DNA from: Octopus bimaculoides | Lineage: Eukaryota | Length of the DNA stretch: 32,637 nt | Direction: 5' to 3' | Assembly (NCBI RefSeq): GCF_001194135.2 | Contig: NC_068991.1 | Coordinates: 32,242,215-32,274,851 of the forward strand | Shown here: positions 1-12,135 of the stretch, piece after piece | How positions within the stretch are numbered: the stretch's first letter is position 1 | Layout of the letters: each line of letters starts with the position of its first letter | Translations under genes and position numbers: made by a program | Notes under the pieces: generated by a model | The model's input: only the letters and a program-made list of their open reading frames with translations | What the model was told of the DNA's origin: nothing | The model's database searches: none

Positions 1-31
<31 letters not shown>

Positions 32-328
32 AGAATTTACAAAAAAAAAAACAACAGACGAGGACAGGTGGTGTAAACAACAAAAGGATGTATTAGTTTA
101 ACGCTTGGGAATAGAGAAAGTTTTTAATGTTTCGAGCTACACTCTTCAACAGAAAGAATACGGAGAAAACAAGGAGAAAAATATATATATGTATATATAT
201 ATTTATACATATTTACATATATATATATATACATATTTACATATACATATATACATACATATACATACATACATATATATATATATACATGTTTACATAC
301 ATACATACATATATATATACATGTTTAC

Positions 329-359
<31 letters not shown>

Positions 360-395
360 CACACACATACACACACACATATATATACACACACG
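1..395. repeat. (AT)n / (ATAC)n / (AC)n compound microsatellite interrupted by a ~150-bp short element at 29-180
   Basis: Direct inspection. The YI/HT-repeat ORFs here are translated microsatellite. Confidence 0.95.
29..180 (-). mobile_element. Short (TA)n-embedded element (Penelope-like non-autonomous/pLTR-type), copy 1, with decayed hammerhead-like motif at 121-157
   Basis: Near-identical to 7369-7560 (caacagacgaggacaggtggtgtaaa...tttcgagctac(a/g)ctcttcaacagaaagaatacggaga) and flanked by (TA)n on both sides. The Penelope assignment is inferred from the hammerhead-like motif. Confidence 0.7.
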
Positions 396-915
396 TAAAC
401 ACAGAGAATGTTGTGTAAGGTTAACAACATCTAAAAGTATTAGATGGCAATGGATGGAATGCTTATGATCATAGGTCTATTAAGTCAGTGCTGACTTGGA
501 GTTAAAGAATAATAATAATACAAACATACATATACATTCACAAATTCCACACACAGAATAACAAACCAGTGTATGCACACATATACAAACACACATATGT
601 GCATCTGCATACACATATAAATATACATGTATGCATATAGACATATGTACATACTTACATGCACACATTAATCCTTCATCCTTACACAGTGCCTAAAATA
701 AGTACTGAGAGAGGTTGATGTAATGAATAATGTCCTAGTCAGTGCTTCAGTATGGCCAGTCTAATGACTGAAATCTGTGAGAGCAGTCAAAGAATGTAAT
801 AAAATTAACAGATTAAAAAATACAAAAAAAACTGTGTCTTTAGTTTATTCTTTTACCAACCCCGGAGAGTTTTGCCATACTAGGGAACCATCATTCATTA
901 TATTTGAAAAATATT

Positions 916-1054
916 AGTAGTTGAGAAATTTGCTTTGCAACCACAAGGTTTCAAGTTCAATCCCACTGTGTAGTACCTTGGCAAGTATTTTCTATTATAG
1001 CCCTATGTAGACCATAGTCTTGTGAGAGAATTTGGTAGATGGAAACTATGAGCC
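916..1054 (+). mobile_element. Degenerate tRNA-derived SINE (family also at 17945-18045 and 25371-25521)
   Basis: Shares B-box-like gttcaatccc and the body accttg(g)gcaagt..ttcta...ttgtga...tttggtagatggaaact with the other two copies. Confidence 0.7.
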
Positions 1055-1368
1055 ATTGACACTACCCACGCTTTATTTTTTCATATCATTAAAAGCTGCT
1101 CCTCAAAACAAAACCAGAGACCAACTGATGTAACAAGCAACCATCCTCAATGTCTACAATTATTCTAACAGTTACTGTTTGCTGCTTACTGATTATAAAG
1201 TTGGAGTTAAGGTCAGACTAGACATAGAAATTATAAATACTTACACACTTAGTCATCAATGATGGCACAGAGACAAATTTAAAACAAACAAAACCTCCAC
1301 AGAGGAAAAGTGAATGTGAGACAGATTATACATATATACATGTATGCACACACATGTATGAATGTGTG

Positions 1369-1404
<36 letters not shown>

Positions 1405-2126
1405 TATATTTACATATACACAGTGTACATACATTGTACATTAGATGAGAGAAAGTCAAGGAACGTTTAAAATGAACCAAGTAAATGTTATAATGACATT
1501 TTCTATAAAAATTTCAATTCTTTCCCACTACCAGACTTTGACAAAGTCATTATTTAACTTTAGTCCAGGTTTACAAGCTTGGACTAAAAAGAGAACAGTC
1601 CCTTCTCCAAGATTCTTGTAGGTAATTTTCATGCAAGTCATGGCACTTATAAACATCAGGTATTTATGAAACAGACAAAAGGAATACAACCCATCAGACA
1701 TAGTAGCCAAATCTGCCTCAAATCACACCATACCATCTTAAAAATGAAAGGATATACCTGAATGAAAAAAATAATCTATGATCATAGGCCCACTTGATCA
1801 AGGACTAACCTAAGGTTAAGCAAAAACAACTAGATATACTCAATAAAATGCCATGTGGTGAGAGTTAATAAAACATTTCCAGTGGACATGAAACCCATCA
1901 ACATCACCTGCCCTAAATGCATACATAGCTGAAAGTCTAGGCACTATATTCCGCAGCTATGCAAAGTCTTCTTTATCATCCAGCAGAAAAATAACAAAAA
2001 TAACAAAAATGATTTGGACCCAACAAAAATTTTTAATTACAGTAATTGAAGAGCATTGTTACCAGTAAATGAGTACAAGTGAATTTAAAGTCCCAATCTT
2101 AAGTGGTTACACAAAATTTATAACTA

Positions 2127-2420
2127 ATAATCCTTTCTACTAAAGGCACAAGGCCTGAAATTTGTGGGGATTGGTCTGGTCAATTATATTGACCCCTGTA
2201 CACAACTTGTACTTATTTCATCAACTCCGAAATGAGGAAAGGCAAAGTCGACCTTGGTGGAACTTGAACTCAGAATGTATAGATGGACAAAATGCTGCTA
2301 AGCATTTTGCCTGGTATGGTAACATTTCTGCTAGCTCACCACCTTTATTATAATAATAATATTCCTTTCTATTACAGGCACAAGGCATGAAATTTGCAGG
2401 GAGGGGGTAAGTCGAGAGAA
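2127..2420 (-). mobile_element. SINE (second family) plus adjacent partial 3' copy
   Basis: Reverse complement of the 3942-4170 copy: aaaggcaaagtcgacct, gcattttgcc, aggcctgaaatt, (taa)n tail. Confidence 0.75.
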
Positions 2421-3694
2421 AACATGTTAAAAAGATAGGTCGGTTCCTCTCCAATTTTTTGTAGATTCTTAAATTTATCTTCTTCTGTGTATATATATAT
2501 ATACTACTAAACAAACATGATTTTCATTGAACTCCTAATACTTTTTGTTGAATACGCTAGTAAACTGTTTTTAACATTTTCTTATTATTATCAAAGAATG
2601 TATATATGTATTTTAATACTTTTGTGACAACCAGTACTTAACACAACAAGGCTTATACAAAGCTTTACATCTTACTTTTGACAAGCTTTTTCTAAAAAAG
2701 TGAAACCGTGAGTGAATAAACATCTTTAAAATTGCATTTTCAAACCTTCTTTCATATGTATATATATATATATATAGATATATGATGATTATTATTATAT
2801 ACTTAATATCTGTAATATTTAAATGAATGAATATATTTAAATGAACATATATAAATAAAGGGTGATAGATTGAAAGAATCAGACAAAATCTGACACTATT
2901 TTAATATGATAAATTATTGACTATTGATGAGATAGAGGGGGCAAGTTATAACTAATAATACCACTGACCCACAGTGAAGTATTCCCTTTGGTAGGTAACA
3001 ATTGATAATGATATTAATAATTAATATTAATTATACTGAACAAGAAAGTAACAATGTCATTGATCTACATAAAAACCTTGTGGCAAAGTATATTTAATAG
3101 ACCTTTAATCAAATGTATTCTAACCATGACCATCCTATCCTATTTTCAGAGTTAGTGTATCTAGAACTAGATTATCTAGCATGTTTCTCCTTAAAAACAG
3201 TAAAGATGAGTTGAGGGAGATTTGGCTGCTGTTTCCATCAGTCAAGTGACTAACAGGGTAAGTATTTGAATTGAAGGGGGAAATTACGTATTTAACAAAT
3301 TGTAATTTCATATTGAATTTAATGCATTTTAATGAGATTCATAAAAAAAAAAGAGTCCACACAAAATGGAGTTAACTACATAGATAATTAAATAAAACCA
3401 TAAATGAGATGAAAAATCAGAAATGAGCCAACAGCAACCAAACTATTTTGATTAAAAGAAAAAAGCAGAAAGTAAGAACTGAAAACAAAAATAGAGAAGT
3501 CACACAGAAAAAAAAATGAGAAATAAAGCAGAATGATGTTTTAGTTTATAAATGATTGTGCAGCGCAGTAGTATTATATCTGTTTCTTTTTTCTTCTTTC
3601 TTTTCCTCCACACCAACCAATTATGCGATAATTAATCAACCATTACAGCAAGTTGTTTCTACAAGTTTATCATTAGTTGTAAAACAACACTCAC

Positions 3695-3782
3695 CTTACT
3701 TTTGCATTAATACTATTATGATTTCCATTGACATCACAGTGATAGAGAAGACTGGCATTCCTATTGAGCAACAGTTCACTCA
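3695..3782 (-). CDS. Candidate internal coding exon (SELLLNRNASLLYHCDVNGNHNSINAK), unassigned
   Basis: Minus strand reads catttcag|TG AGT GAA CTG...GCA AAA GTAAG GTGAGT: an acceptor, an open frame and two tandem consensus donors in non-repeat sequence. No homology support. Confidence 0.25.
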
Positions 3783-3941
3783 CTGAAATGACTGGAGTCT
3801 ATAAAGATTGCAGACAAACACTTAGTGCTTTTAGTTGCATCTCTGAGTTCAAATCCTGACAAATTCATCTCTCAAGTATTACAGCCAAATATGGTGATCA
3901 ACAGTCTGTTAGAAATCATCATCATCATCATTATTATTAAA

Positions 3942-4490
3942 GCAGTGAGCTAGCAGAATTGTTAGCAAGCTGGGCAAAATGCTTGGCAGTATTTCATCCA
4001 TCTTCATATTCTGAATTCAAATTCTGAGGTCGACTTTGCCTTTCATCCTTTCAGAGTCAATAAAATAAGTACCAGTTGAACACTGGGGTCAATGTAATTG
4101 ACTCATCCCTCCCACCCCAATTTCAGGCCTTCTGCTTATAGTACAAAGGATTATTATTATTGCTATTATTATTTCCACCAAGGTCAAATTTGCCTTTCAT
4201 CCTTTTGAGGTAGATAAAATAAGTATTAGTTGAGCACCAGAATCAATATCATTGACTTACATTCTACCCTTAAATTGCTAGCCTTGTGCTAAAATTTGAA
4301 ACCATTACCATTAAGCAGTGAACGAGTAGAATCATTAGCACATTGGGCAAAATGGCTAGTTTTATTTCTGCTGATTCATAACATGCAGTGTTCAAATTCC
4401 ATCAGGGTCAACTTTGCCTTTTCTCCCCACAAAATGGCTGGCTTTGTTCCAAAATTAAAAAGAACACTTATCACTAGATTATTGTTAGAG
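3942..4490 (+). mobile_element. Cluster of three SINE copies (~3942-4170, partial ~4180-4300, ~4312-4490)
   Basis: Recurrent gcagtga.c.ag.agaat..ttagca...gggcaaaatg and (g)gtc.actttgcctttcatccttt...ataaaataagt with (tta)n tails. Confidence 0.8.
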
Positions 4491-5729
4491 TGAAGGTGAT
4501 GGGGTGAGAGAAATAGTAAAACAATGACTAAATATTTATTTATCAAGTGCACACTAGCAATACCCAACACTTGTAAATTTTGCCACCATTGTGTAGAAGG
4601 TAGGAATGTTATATAGTAACAAGTTCCTAATAAATCAATTCTCCAGCCCAAGATCTCATTTCATCTAGCACAAGTACAAAAGAAAGTTACACAGAGCAGT
4701 TCTTCCCATCTCATTCTCCTCTCCCATAAATCTGTCAAGTAACTTTGGAAACCAACAAAACTGTTAAAAGTCTATGCTTGCAACAGTTAGTCAATAATTA
4801 GTCAATAAAGTTGTTTGTCAAAAGTGCTGAATCTAATGCTCAGAGCTTTATGCGTCTCCTAGGAAAGAGAAAAGAAGGGGAGAAGTGGCATTACCAGTTA
4901 GGTTGGAGTCAGATAAAATGTAAATGTGGGGAGCCTTACACTAAAATAAGAAAATGTTGTTGCAGTGTTGGAGGCTGGCTGCAATGGAGAAGGGAATCAA
5001 ATTAAGCTCTATTTGGTTTCATTCTTCTGGTACCAAGTACAAAACCTAGTAGACCCTTCAACCAGCCAAAGCCAAGTCAATATTAGTTATATACACTGAC
5101 TTATTTCTACTCAACAAAATTTAACCTCGACACAAACCAAACGAAATTGCTATCATCATGGTGTCGAGCATATTTCACTACAACCCTAACTAGACTGTTA
5201 TTTTTCATATGAATGGTGCCCAAGTAATTGCCTTCAGTCATTATAACTTTTGATATCTACACATGTGCATTATAGCACATCAAATATAGTGATTATATCA
5301 CCATTAATCTTGAAAATAAAAAATTATTTTGTTGAACAGGTGGTCTAAGACCAAACTAAGTCCAGAGTTGTTACCCTTGCTTTACAAAATCAGATTAACA
5401 TACTAGTCATTAAGTGAGACTTTCTGCTATTCACAATAAATATGATGGGAAAGGCATGAATATCACACAATCTCATTCCCTACCTATTAATTTTGATGAT
5501 ATTGTATTACTCTCAACTACTAAGTGTAGCAATAGTTTTCCTTCACTAGTGAAACCCAAATCCACTGAGAGATGCATGAACGCCACACACTCATTCTTAT
5601 AAATTTGCAGTCATTTGTCTTTCAGTCAGAAATCCTTATTTTTACAGCGTTTTCCTTCACAAGCATAGATGGAGAAAGGTGATATAGCATTATATTATAT
5701 ATGCATGCATGTACTTATGTACTGTATGA

Positions 5730-5850
<121 letters not shown>

Positions 5851-6609
5851 CACCCCCACACACACATGTCTGTGTGTATAATAATTTAGTGGTGTTGTCA
5901 TAACTATTGAGTTGCTTCTGCTTCCTCGTTTCACTGAACCAATGCCAAAGAAAAATTCGAAATGCACCATTTAATCAATACTGCGGTGAACTTAACGAAG
6001 ATAGAAACGTCAACATTAGAAAGGGAGGAGGAAGTTCCAGTTTTCATTTTCTTCGTCTTCCTAAAATATGACGACAACCGTAAAAAATAAAGCTTCACAA
6101 TTTATAGCTGCACACCTATACACATATGTCTCGTAATAGAGATATAAAGACAATATAATGACGAATGCCATAACGCCATTCTGGATAAAAAAAAAAAAAC
6201 CTTTGCCAATGAAGTGGTGGAGAGGCAGACAGCATCGCTACAAGACATTGACATAATATATGCAATTAACATGTACTTGTGTCTCTGTGTAAGTAAGCTG
6301 TGTGTGCGCCCGCGCGCGTTTCTGTAAAGTTGGTTTTCTGATCTTCAAAGTGATTCGGAGGAAGTTTAGGAGCTAAACATTCAACCCTATCATTTATTCT
6401 AATTATTATGCTAATTCTTACGCTTCAATATTTATAGTGTGGTATTTACTAAGGTTAGATTCCATATATGCGCATATGTGTGTGTGTATGTATGTATCTA
6501 TATATATAAATGTATGTATATATGTATATATATATATTATGTATATATATTATATATATATATTATGTATATATATTATATATATATGTATATATACATG
6601 TATATATAG

Positions 6610-7358
6610 ATGCATATCTGGGTACAGGACGTAGCAAAAAAACGTGGACAAAATGATAAACGGAATACAGAAAACACACAGGCCACATAGAGAACATTTC
6701 CTTCATCAGCTGCCACCATTCTAAAACTAAGCGTTTCGAAGAGTTAGGCCAGGACGCACTGTTAGAATGGCTCTTCCCACGGACCACAAATTAAATTTAA
6801 ATTAAATTTAAATTAAATTTGTAACGTGGAGGAATGTAGTGGCGGACAGAAAACAAAACAGGAAAACGAAACAGTGAAAACAAACAAGAAAGGCTATACG
6901 GCCAGACGTGAAAAAAATGTGTATACTGAACGCTGTGATGCGACGAACTGAAAGGAAGAGAGACGAAAAGAGTTCGTGCGAGCATGGTGATGGCCAAGAT
7001 AGGAAAGGAAGAGAAGTAGCCGGACACGTGACCAGCGAGGGGTAAAGAGAAAGAGTGGTGGAGGGAGAAAAAGGGGAGGAAGTAGAACATAGTTGAGCAA
7101 CGAGAGACAAGGATGAAGAGGGAGATATAGTAGTGAAGGGGAGAGGCGAAGAACAACAGAAGGAAGAACGAGAGGGAGAGAAAGATACAAAGATAGATAG
7201 AATCGCGTCAGAAATATAAAGTTAAAACTTACTTGCAAGGATGACACATGCGTTCGATCATATAATAATACAAATAATATGTGAGTATATGCATATATAC
7301 GTACATGTATGTACATACCTACATCTACATGTATATATAAATGCATATCTGGGTACAG
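6610..7358 (-). mobile_element. Penelope-like non-autonomous element with terminal direct repeat, containing CTGATGA and GAAAC motifs and a pseudoknot
   Basis: Sits between (TA)-rich microsatellites. atgcatatctgggtacag occurs at 6610-6627 and again at 7341-7358 (cut by the gap). Also has a (aaatta/aattt)n patch and a long purine-rich tract. The family assignment is inference. Confidence 0.5.
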
Positions 7359-7368
7359 NNNNNNNNNN

Positions 7369-7560
7369 TATATGGGAGAATATACAAATAATAACAACAG
7401 ACGAGGACAGGTGGTGTAAATAACAAAAGTATATATTAGTATGACGCTCGGGAATACGGAAAGTCTTTGACGTTTCGAGCTACGCTCTTCAACAGAAAGA
7501 ATACGGAGACAAGGAGAAAAACACGGAGAAAAAAAATTGGGAGAAAAAAAAAAAAATATA
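7369..7560 (-). mobile_element. Short (TA)n-embedded element, copy 2 (best preserved)
   Basis: Homologous to 29-180 and 12500-12660; followed by an A-tract and (TA)n. Confidence 0.75.
7464..7500 (-). ncRNA. Minimal type I hammerhead ribozyme-like motif with variant core (CUGUUGA)
   Basis: Minus strand: UCUUU CUGUUGA A GAGC-GUA-GCUC GAAA CGUC AAAGA. Stem I is 5 bp (UCUUU/AAAGA), stem II is 4 bp, stem III is palindromic ACGU, and the GUC cleavage triplet is present. Differs from canonical CUGANGA at A6. Confidence 0.65.
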
Positions 7561-7689
7561 TATATATATATATATAATGTATGTATGTATTAAACATGAA
7601 CTTGTCTGTGAGTGGACGTAGATAGATATCAGTCAATACTTATCTGTCTATGGACTCACACAGGACTGGTGTGTATACATTACACACAC

Positions 7690-7693
7690 ACAA

Positions 7694-7734
<41 letters not shown>

Positions 7735-7770
7735 GAGATAGAGAGATAGAGAGATAGATAGATAGATAGA
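7690..7770. repeat. (AGAT)n / (AGAGAT)n microsatellite
   Basis: Direct inspection. Confidence 0.95.
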
Positions 7771-7999
7771 AAACAAAGTTTGTATCTATGGATTGAAGTG
7801 ATTTCATACAATTGTGTACTTTATATCTTTAATAATATGTACGTGTGTGTGTGTGTGTGTGTGTAATAAGAGTCCGTATGTATGTGTGTGATTTGTGCAG
7901 CAGCCAACTGCATCTACTACTTAACATTAAAGATGGAGTTAGACAAAAGTACGCTAGGGACCTGCTGTTAAAAAGATGTCATAGTGTGTGTGTGTGTGT

Positions 8000-8360
8000 G
8001 TTTATTTTTATGTGTGTTATTGTGTGGATTATCATTACTGCTGCTGCTGCTACTACTATAGTAGTATTGTAATACAACAGAGTGAGAAAGGTGGAGGGAG
8101 TCATAAATGTGTTTATGATACGACACGTTTGGGAACACATGACACTGGCAGTGGTGACGATGATGGAGATAGTAATAGAGACGGTGACAATGATAGTGAT
8201 GGTAAGATTGCTGTAGTGGAGTTGATAGTGACGATGATAGCAATAATGACGACGGCAGTGGAGCAATGATTTTGATGAAGATAACGATTGCGGTGATGAT
8301 GTTAAGGTGATAGTCACTGCGTATTACATTGACGATAGAGATGATGGTCATTAGTGTTGT
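8000..8360. repeat. Cryptic trinucleotide low-complexity tract (GAT/GGT/AGT-type)
   Basis: Degenerate (gat)n/(gct)n repeats, which explain the several overlapping low-complexity ORFs on both strands. Confidence 0.75.
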
Positions 8361-9369
8361 TTAACTCCAGGTCGAAAGTGATCGTACAGATCTATAGTCA
8401 AAACCCTGACTCATCTTTTAGTACATCGAGGACTGCATTATCCAATGTGTCCTTTTTAAAAATGGTAGGATATGATTTGAGGAAAAACTAAGGGCGATCA
8501 CTAGCAGCTCAACATAGAGATACTGTTGTAATATTTAAGAGAAAAAATAGGATGTGTTGCAGTGGTGATAGTGATTATGTTATTTTCCCTACGTTAACCC
8601 TGATTAAGCAAAGCTATAATTAATGAACATCCTATCTCTTTCTCAAGTACTGTGTATCTTGGACTACATTATCCCATACATCATTCACTATTTTTTTGTT
8701 TGTTTTACGATGAGGAAGTTTTGGCTATTTTTTTAAAAGGTCGGCCGACTATGCAAAAGCTCCTTCGTTATTGATTACACATAATCGTGGTGGTGATGAT
8801 GGTAGTGACGTTGCTAACGGGAAAGTAATGAAAGTCACAACAGAGATGGTAAAGGCTAATGACGCAGTGGTAAACAAATCATAGCTTGATATTGTATGCG
8901 TGTGTATATATGTACGTGAGAGAGAGGGAGAGAGAGAGTGTGTGTCTGTGTGTATATATAATATATATACCCGTATATATGTATGTGAAAGCGTGTATAT
9001 ATGTCTCCTTGTCTTGACATCGCGTAATTGCTGTAAACGGGCATCACCATCATAGTAAATGTGTCCTTCGTTTCCAACCTATGAAAGCATGTCCAACGAC
9101 ATAGAAATATTACCCTGCTTGGTAACAGGTTTGGGTTGGCGATAGGAAGGGCATCTAGTCGGAGAAAGTCTGCCTCAACGAATGGTCAGGCCTATGTAGA
9201 GTCTCTCCACCTTGACTCTTCCAATTATACTGTTTCTAAACGCTTGCACCCTTCATTCTCTCTCTCTCTCTTCACTCGAGCAACTGTTCACATTTTAGAT
9301 TTGTGAGTACACTTTACCCTTTCTGTGTACAAGGCGTCCACGCATGCTAATGTTACAACAAATAGCACT

Positions 9370-9672
9370 TACTAGGTGCCTGAGTGGAGAAAGCACAAGA
9401 TTGAAAGGTCCCTTTCGTCCTCTTTGATTAAGAATATGACATCTCTAGTGCTGGTGCCATCATAAAATGTACACAATACTTATTCTTGAAAGGTTGGTGT
9501 TAGAAAGGGCATCAAGCTGCAGGAACTATGCCAGTATAAAATGTAAAGCAAAACGTGACTCACAGACCACACCAAGGAAGTCAGTAATAACTTCAAATAG
9601 ACCTGAGTCAGAGCATGACAACTTACCAAACCCATACCAACAAGGAAAGCAGATGTAAAATGATGAAGATGA
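9370..9672 (+). mobile_element. Degenerate SINE with RTE-type 3' tail; a related fragment lies at ~9040-9185
   Basis: ggttggtgttagaaagggcatc...aacccataccaacaaggaaagcagatgtaaaatgatgaagatga matches the reverse complement of the RTE 3' end at 12679-12830. Confidence 0.65.
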
Positions 9673-10014
9673 ATGAACAGACAGACAGATAGATTGAGCG
9701 AGCGATAGGTAGATAGATAGAATGGCAGCATGAGTAAGTGTCAATGGACGAAATATATATTGGTAGATATGGAAAATTCTATCATCTGCCATAGTTGCAA
9801 CAAATTCAATCTACCATCCATCAATAAAAAGCTATGAAAGACCATGACTTTATTGTTCATCACCTACCTAATATATATATATATATATATATATATTTGT
9901 ATGTATGTATGTATGTATGTATGTATGTGTGTGTATATACACACATACATACACACACTTTAAATATAGGTGATACATATACACATACTCACACACCACA
10001 CCAATGAATACATG

Positions 10015-10056
<42 letters not shown>

Positions 10057-10060
<4 letters not shown>

Positions 10061-10248
10061 CAAAAACACAATAACAAAAAAACAAAAAAACAACAAAGTG
10101 AGGACGTGATATGGATAGTATTATTGGACGCTCAGGAAAGGAAAGAGAGAGTGTATGACGTTTCGGGCGTAGCCCTTCGTCGGAAAGATGGAAAGTTCGG
10201 AGAATGGAAGAACGGAGAAAGAGGAAAAAAAAATAAAAATAAAAAATA
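10057..10248 (-). mobile_element. Short (TA)n-embedded element, divergent subfamily (copy 3), with hammerhead-like motif at 10152-10188
   Basis: Same layout as copies 1 and 2 (A-rich start, aggac, gacgctc.ggaa, gacgtttcg, A-rich end). Minus strand: UCUUU CCGACGA A GGGC-UAC-GCCC GAAA CGUC. Confidence 0.65.
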
Positions 10249-10818
10249 TATATATATGTACTATTAACCATTGTGTGATACAGCACTGGATATTCACATG
10301 AAGTACGCTATCACATGTTTACTGACAAATATCGAAGTATGTATACATACATATACATCTGTTACAGATGCATACCTACATACATATCCGTTATACATGC
10401 ATACATACATTCATGTATGTATTGATGTATGCATAAATCCATGCACGCACACACACACATATATACAGATGTGTACAAACTAAAAAAACAACAGCTCTCA
10501 CTACATGGCATGGAGTATGTTTGAACCATTTGGTGAATCAATCATTCATTACTCAGTTTTAAACAAACATACAGGGAGTGTGAATATGAAGAATGATCAT
10601 ATGAATCATGCATGCATACATAAAAGTATGTGTATAGATACACGAACACATGCATATACATACACATGTACGTATATATTTCTTCTTCTTTGGACTTTTA
10701 CCTTTCTCCTTTCCAAGGAAGAGCTATGATCGAAATGTCAAACTCTCTCTTCACCAAGCGTCAAGCTAATACATTTCTTGTGCACTTCCTCTTGTCCATT
10801 AATTTTAATCGTTTAATT

Positions 10819-11834
10819 CAAAGGTTCTCAACAAGGGCCATTTGGAGCTAAAGTGTGTGTGTGGGGGGAGCGTTTTGGAGCAATGGGGCACTGGTGGGGC
10901 ATTAAGAGACTTGGGGGCGCTAAGGGGGCACTGGAAGACCCTCGTCTTTGGTAAGTTCAATTAGAAATTAACAAGTAGTAACCATATTATCACATCTCTG
11001 CGACAGTCAGTTTTAAAAAAAAACATACACTTTTGTTTAAAATTTTCAAAAACTTAAAAAACACTGCAAATTGCTGGTACCATGTGTAACTGGTGTCGCT
11101 AAAGTGAAACCTCGAAAACATAAACAAAAACTAAAAACAGATGAATTAATTACAGACAATTAAAAGGGAAAAAGTAATGAATAAAAGCAAAAAGCTGAAT
11201 TCGTGTGTGTGTGTGTGTGTGTGTGTTTGTGTGCAAATATATAAAGAATGGTGGTCAGAATTTTGGATCAAACTGGCTTTTGGGAGTGGCTGATAGATAT
11301 ATATTTGTGTATGTGTGTGTATGTATGGGTACTGTTTGTATGTATATGATTTCGAGCATTGCTGTTTTGAATTCCTTTCTGCGATTGAACTATAATTGAC
11401 CCCTGGCTATCAAAGACCCAACCACACACACATTTGTTTTAGGCTTTGTACCCATATGCACTGCAGCTATACACCAAATAACTTGGTAAGTCTTATGTTC
11501 TGAAATTTAAATTTCGAATTTGTTTGGCTTTGGAAAACAGAACCTTTTCTTTCTATATTTTTTGTTAATTTCCTGTATCAAGCAATGGACAGAAGCATTT
11601 AAAAAAAAAAAATTTATAGAGCAGAACAAAATCAAAAATATTGATTTTAATCATAATGATGAAGAGGAGTAAACATTTTCCCTTTCCTTAATACTAACAA
11701 GAGCATAGTATGAGGGAGATTTGGCTGTTATTTCTAGCAAATTGAATAACCCCACAGAGTACCTCATTGGTTCATTTGTGGATGTGTATAAATAAACAAA
11801 TACTAAAGGAAAACCAGACACTAGCAAACACACA

Positions 11835-11873
<39 letters not shown>

Positions 11874-12135
11874 GGATGGGCAGAATTATGATGTAAGCAC
11901 ATGCTAAAACCCCCTCATAACTTTTGTATTTTTACGAATTTTTACCAAATTCTTTCGATTCTGTCTTCTGCATAATGGAATTGATATGATTATGCAGAAA
12001 AAAAAATCTTCAACCCTCCCCTCCCCACCCGCCAAAATAATTAGTATACTGAAAAATAAATTTTTTTCTTGAGGGGCATTTGTGACTCCAAGGGTCAAAA
12101 GGGGACTTTTGGCCAAAATAAGTTGAGAACCTTTG
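10819..12135. mobile_element. Non-autonomous hAT-superfamily DNA transposon (1317 bp)
   Basis: Perfect 14-bp TIRs CAAAGGTTCTCAAC (10819-10832) and GTTGAGAACCTTTG (12122-12135). Perfect 8-bp TSD GTTTAATT (10811-10818 and 12136-12143). Subterminal ggggca repeats at both ends. An 8-bp TSD is diagnostic of hAT. Confidence 0.88.
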
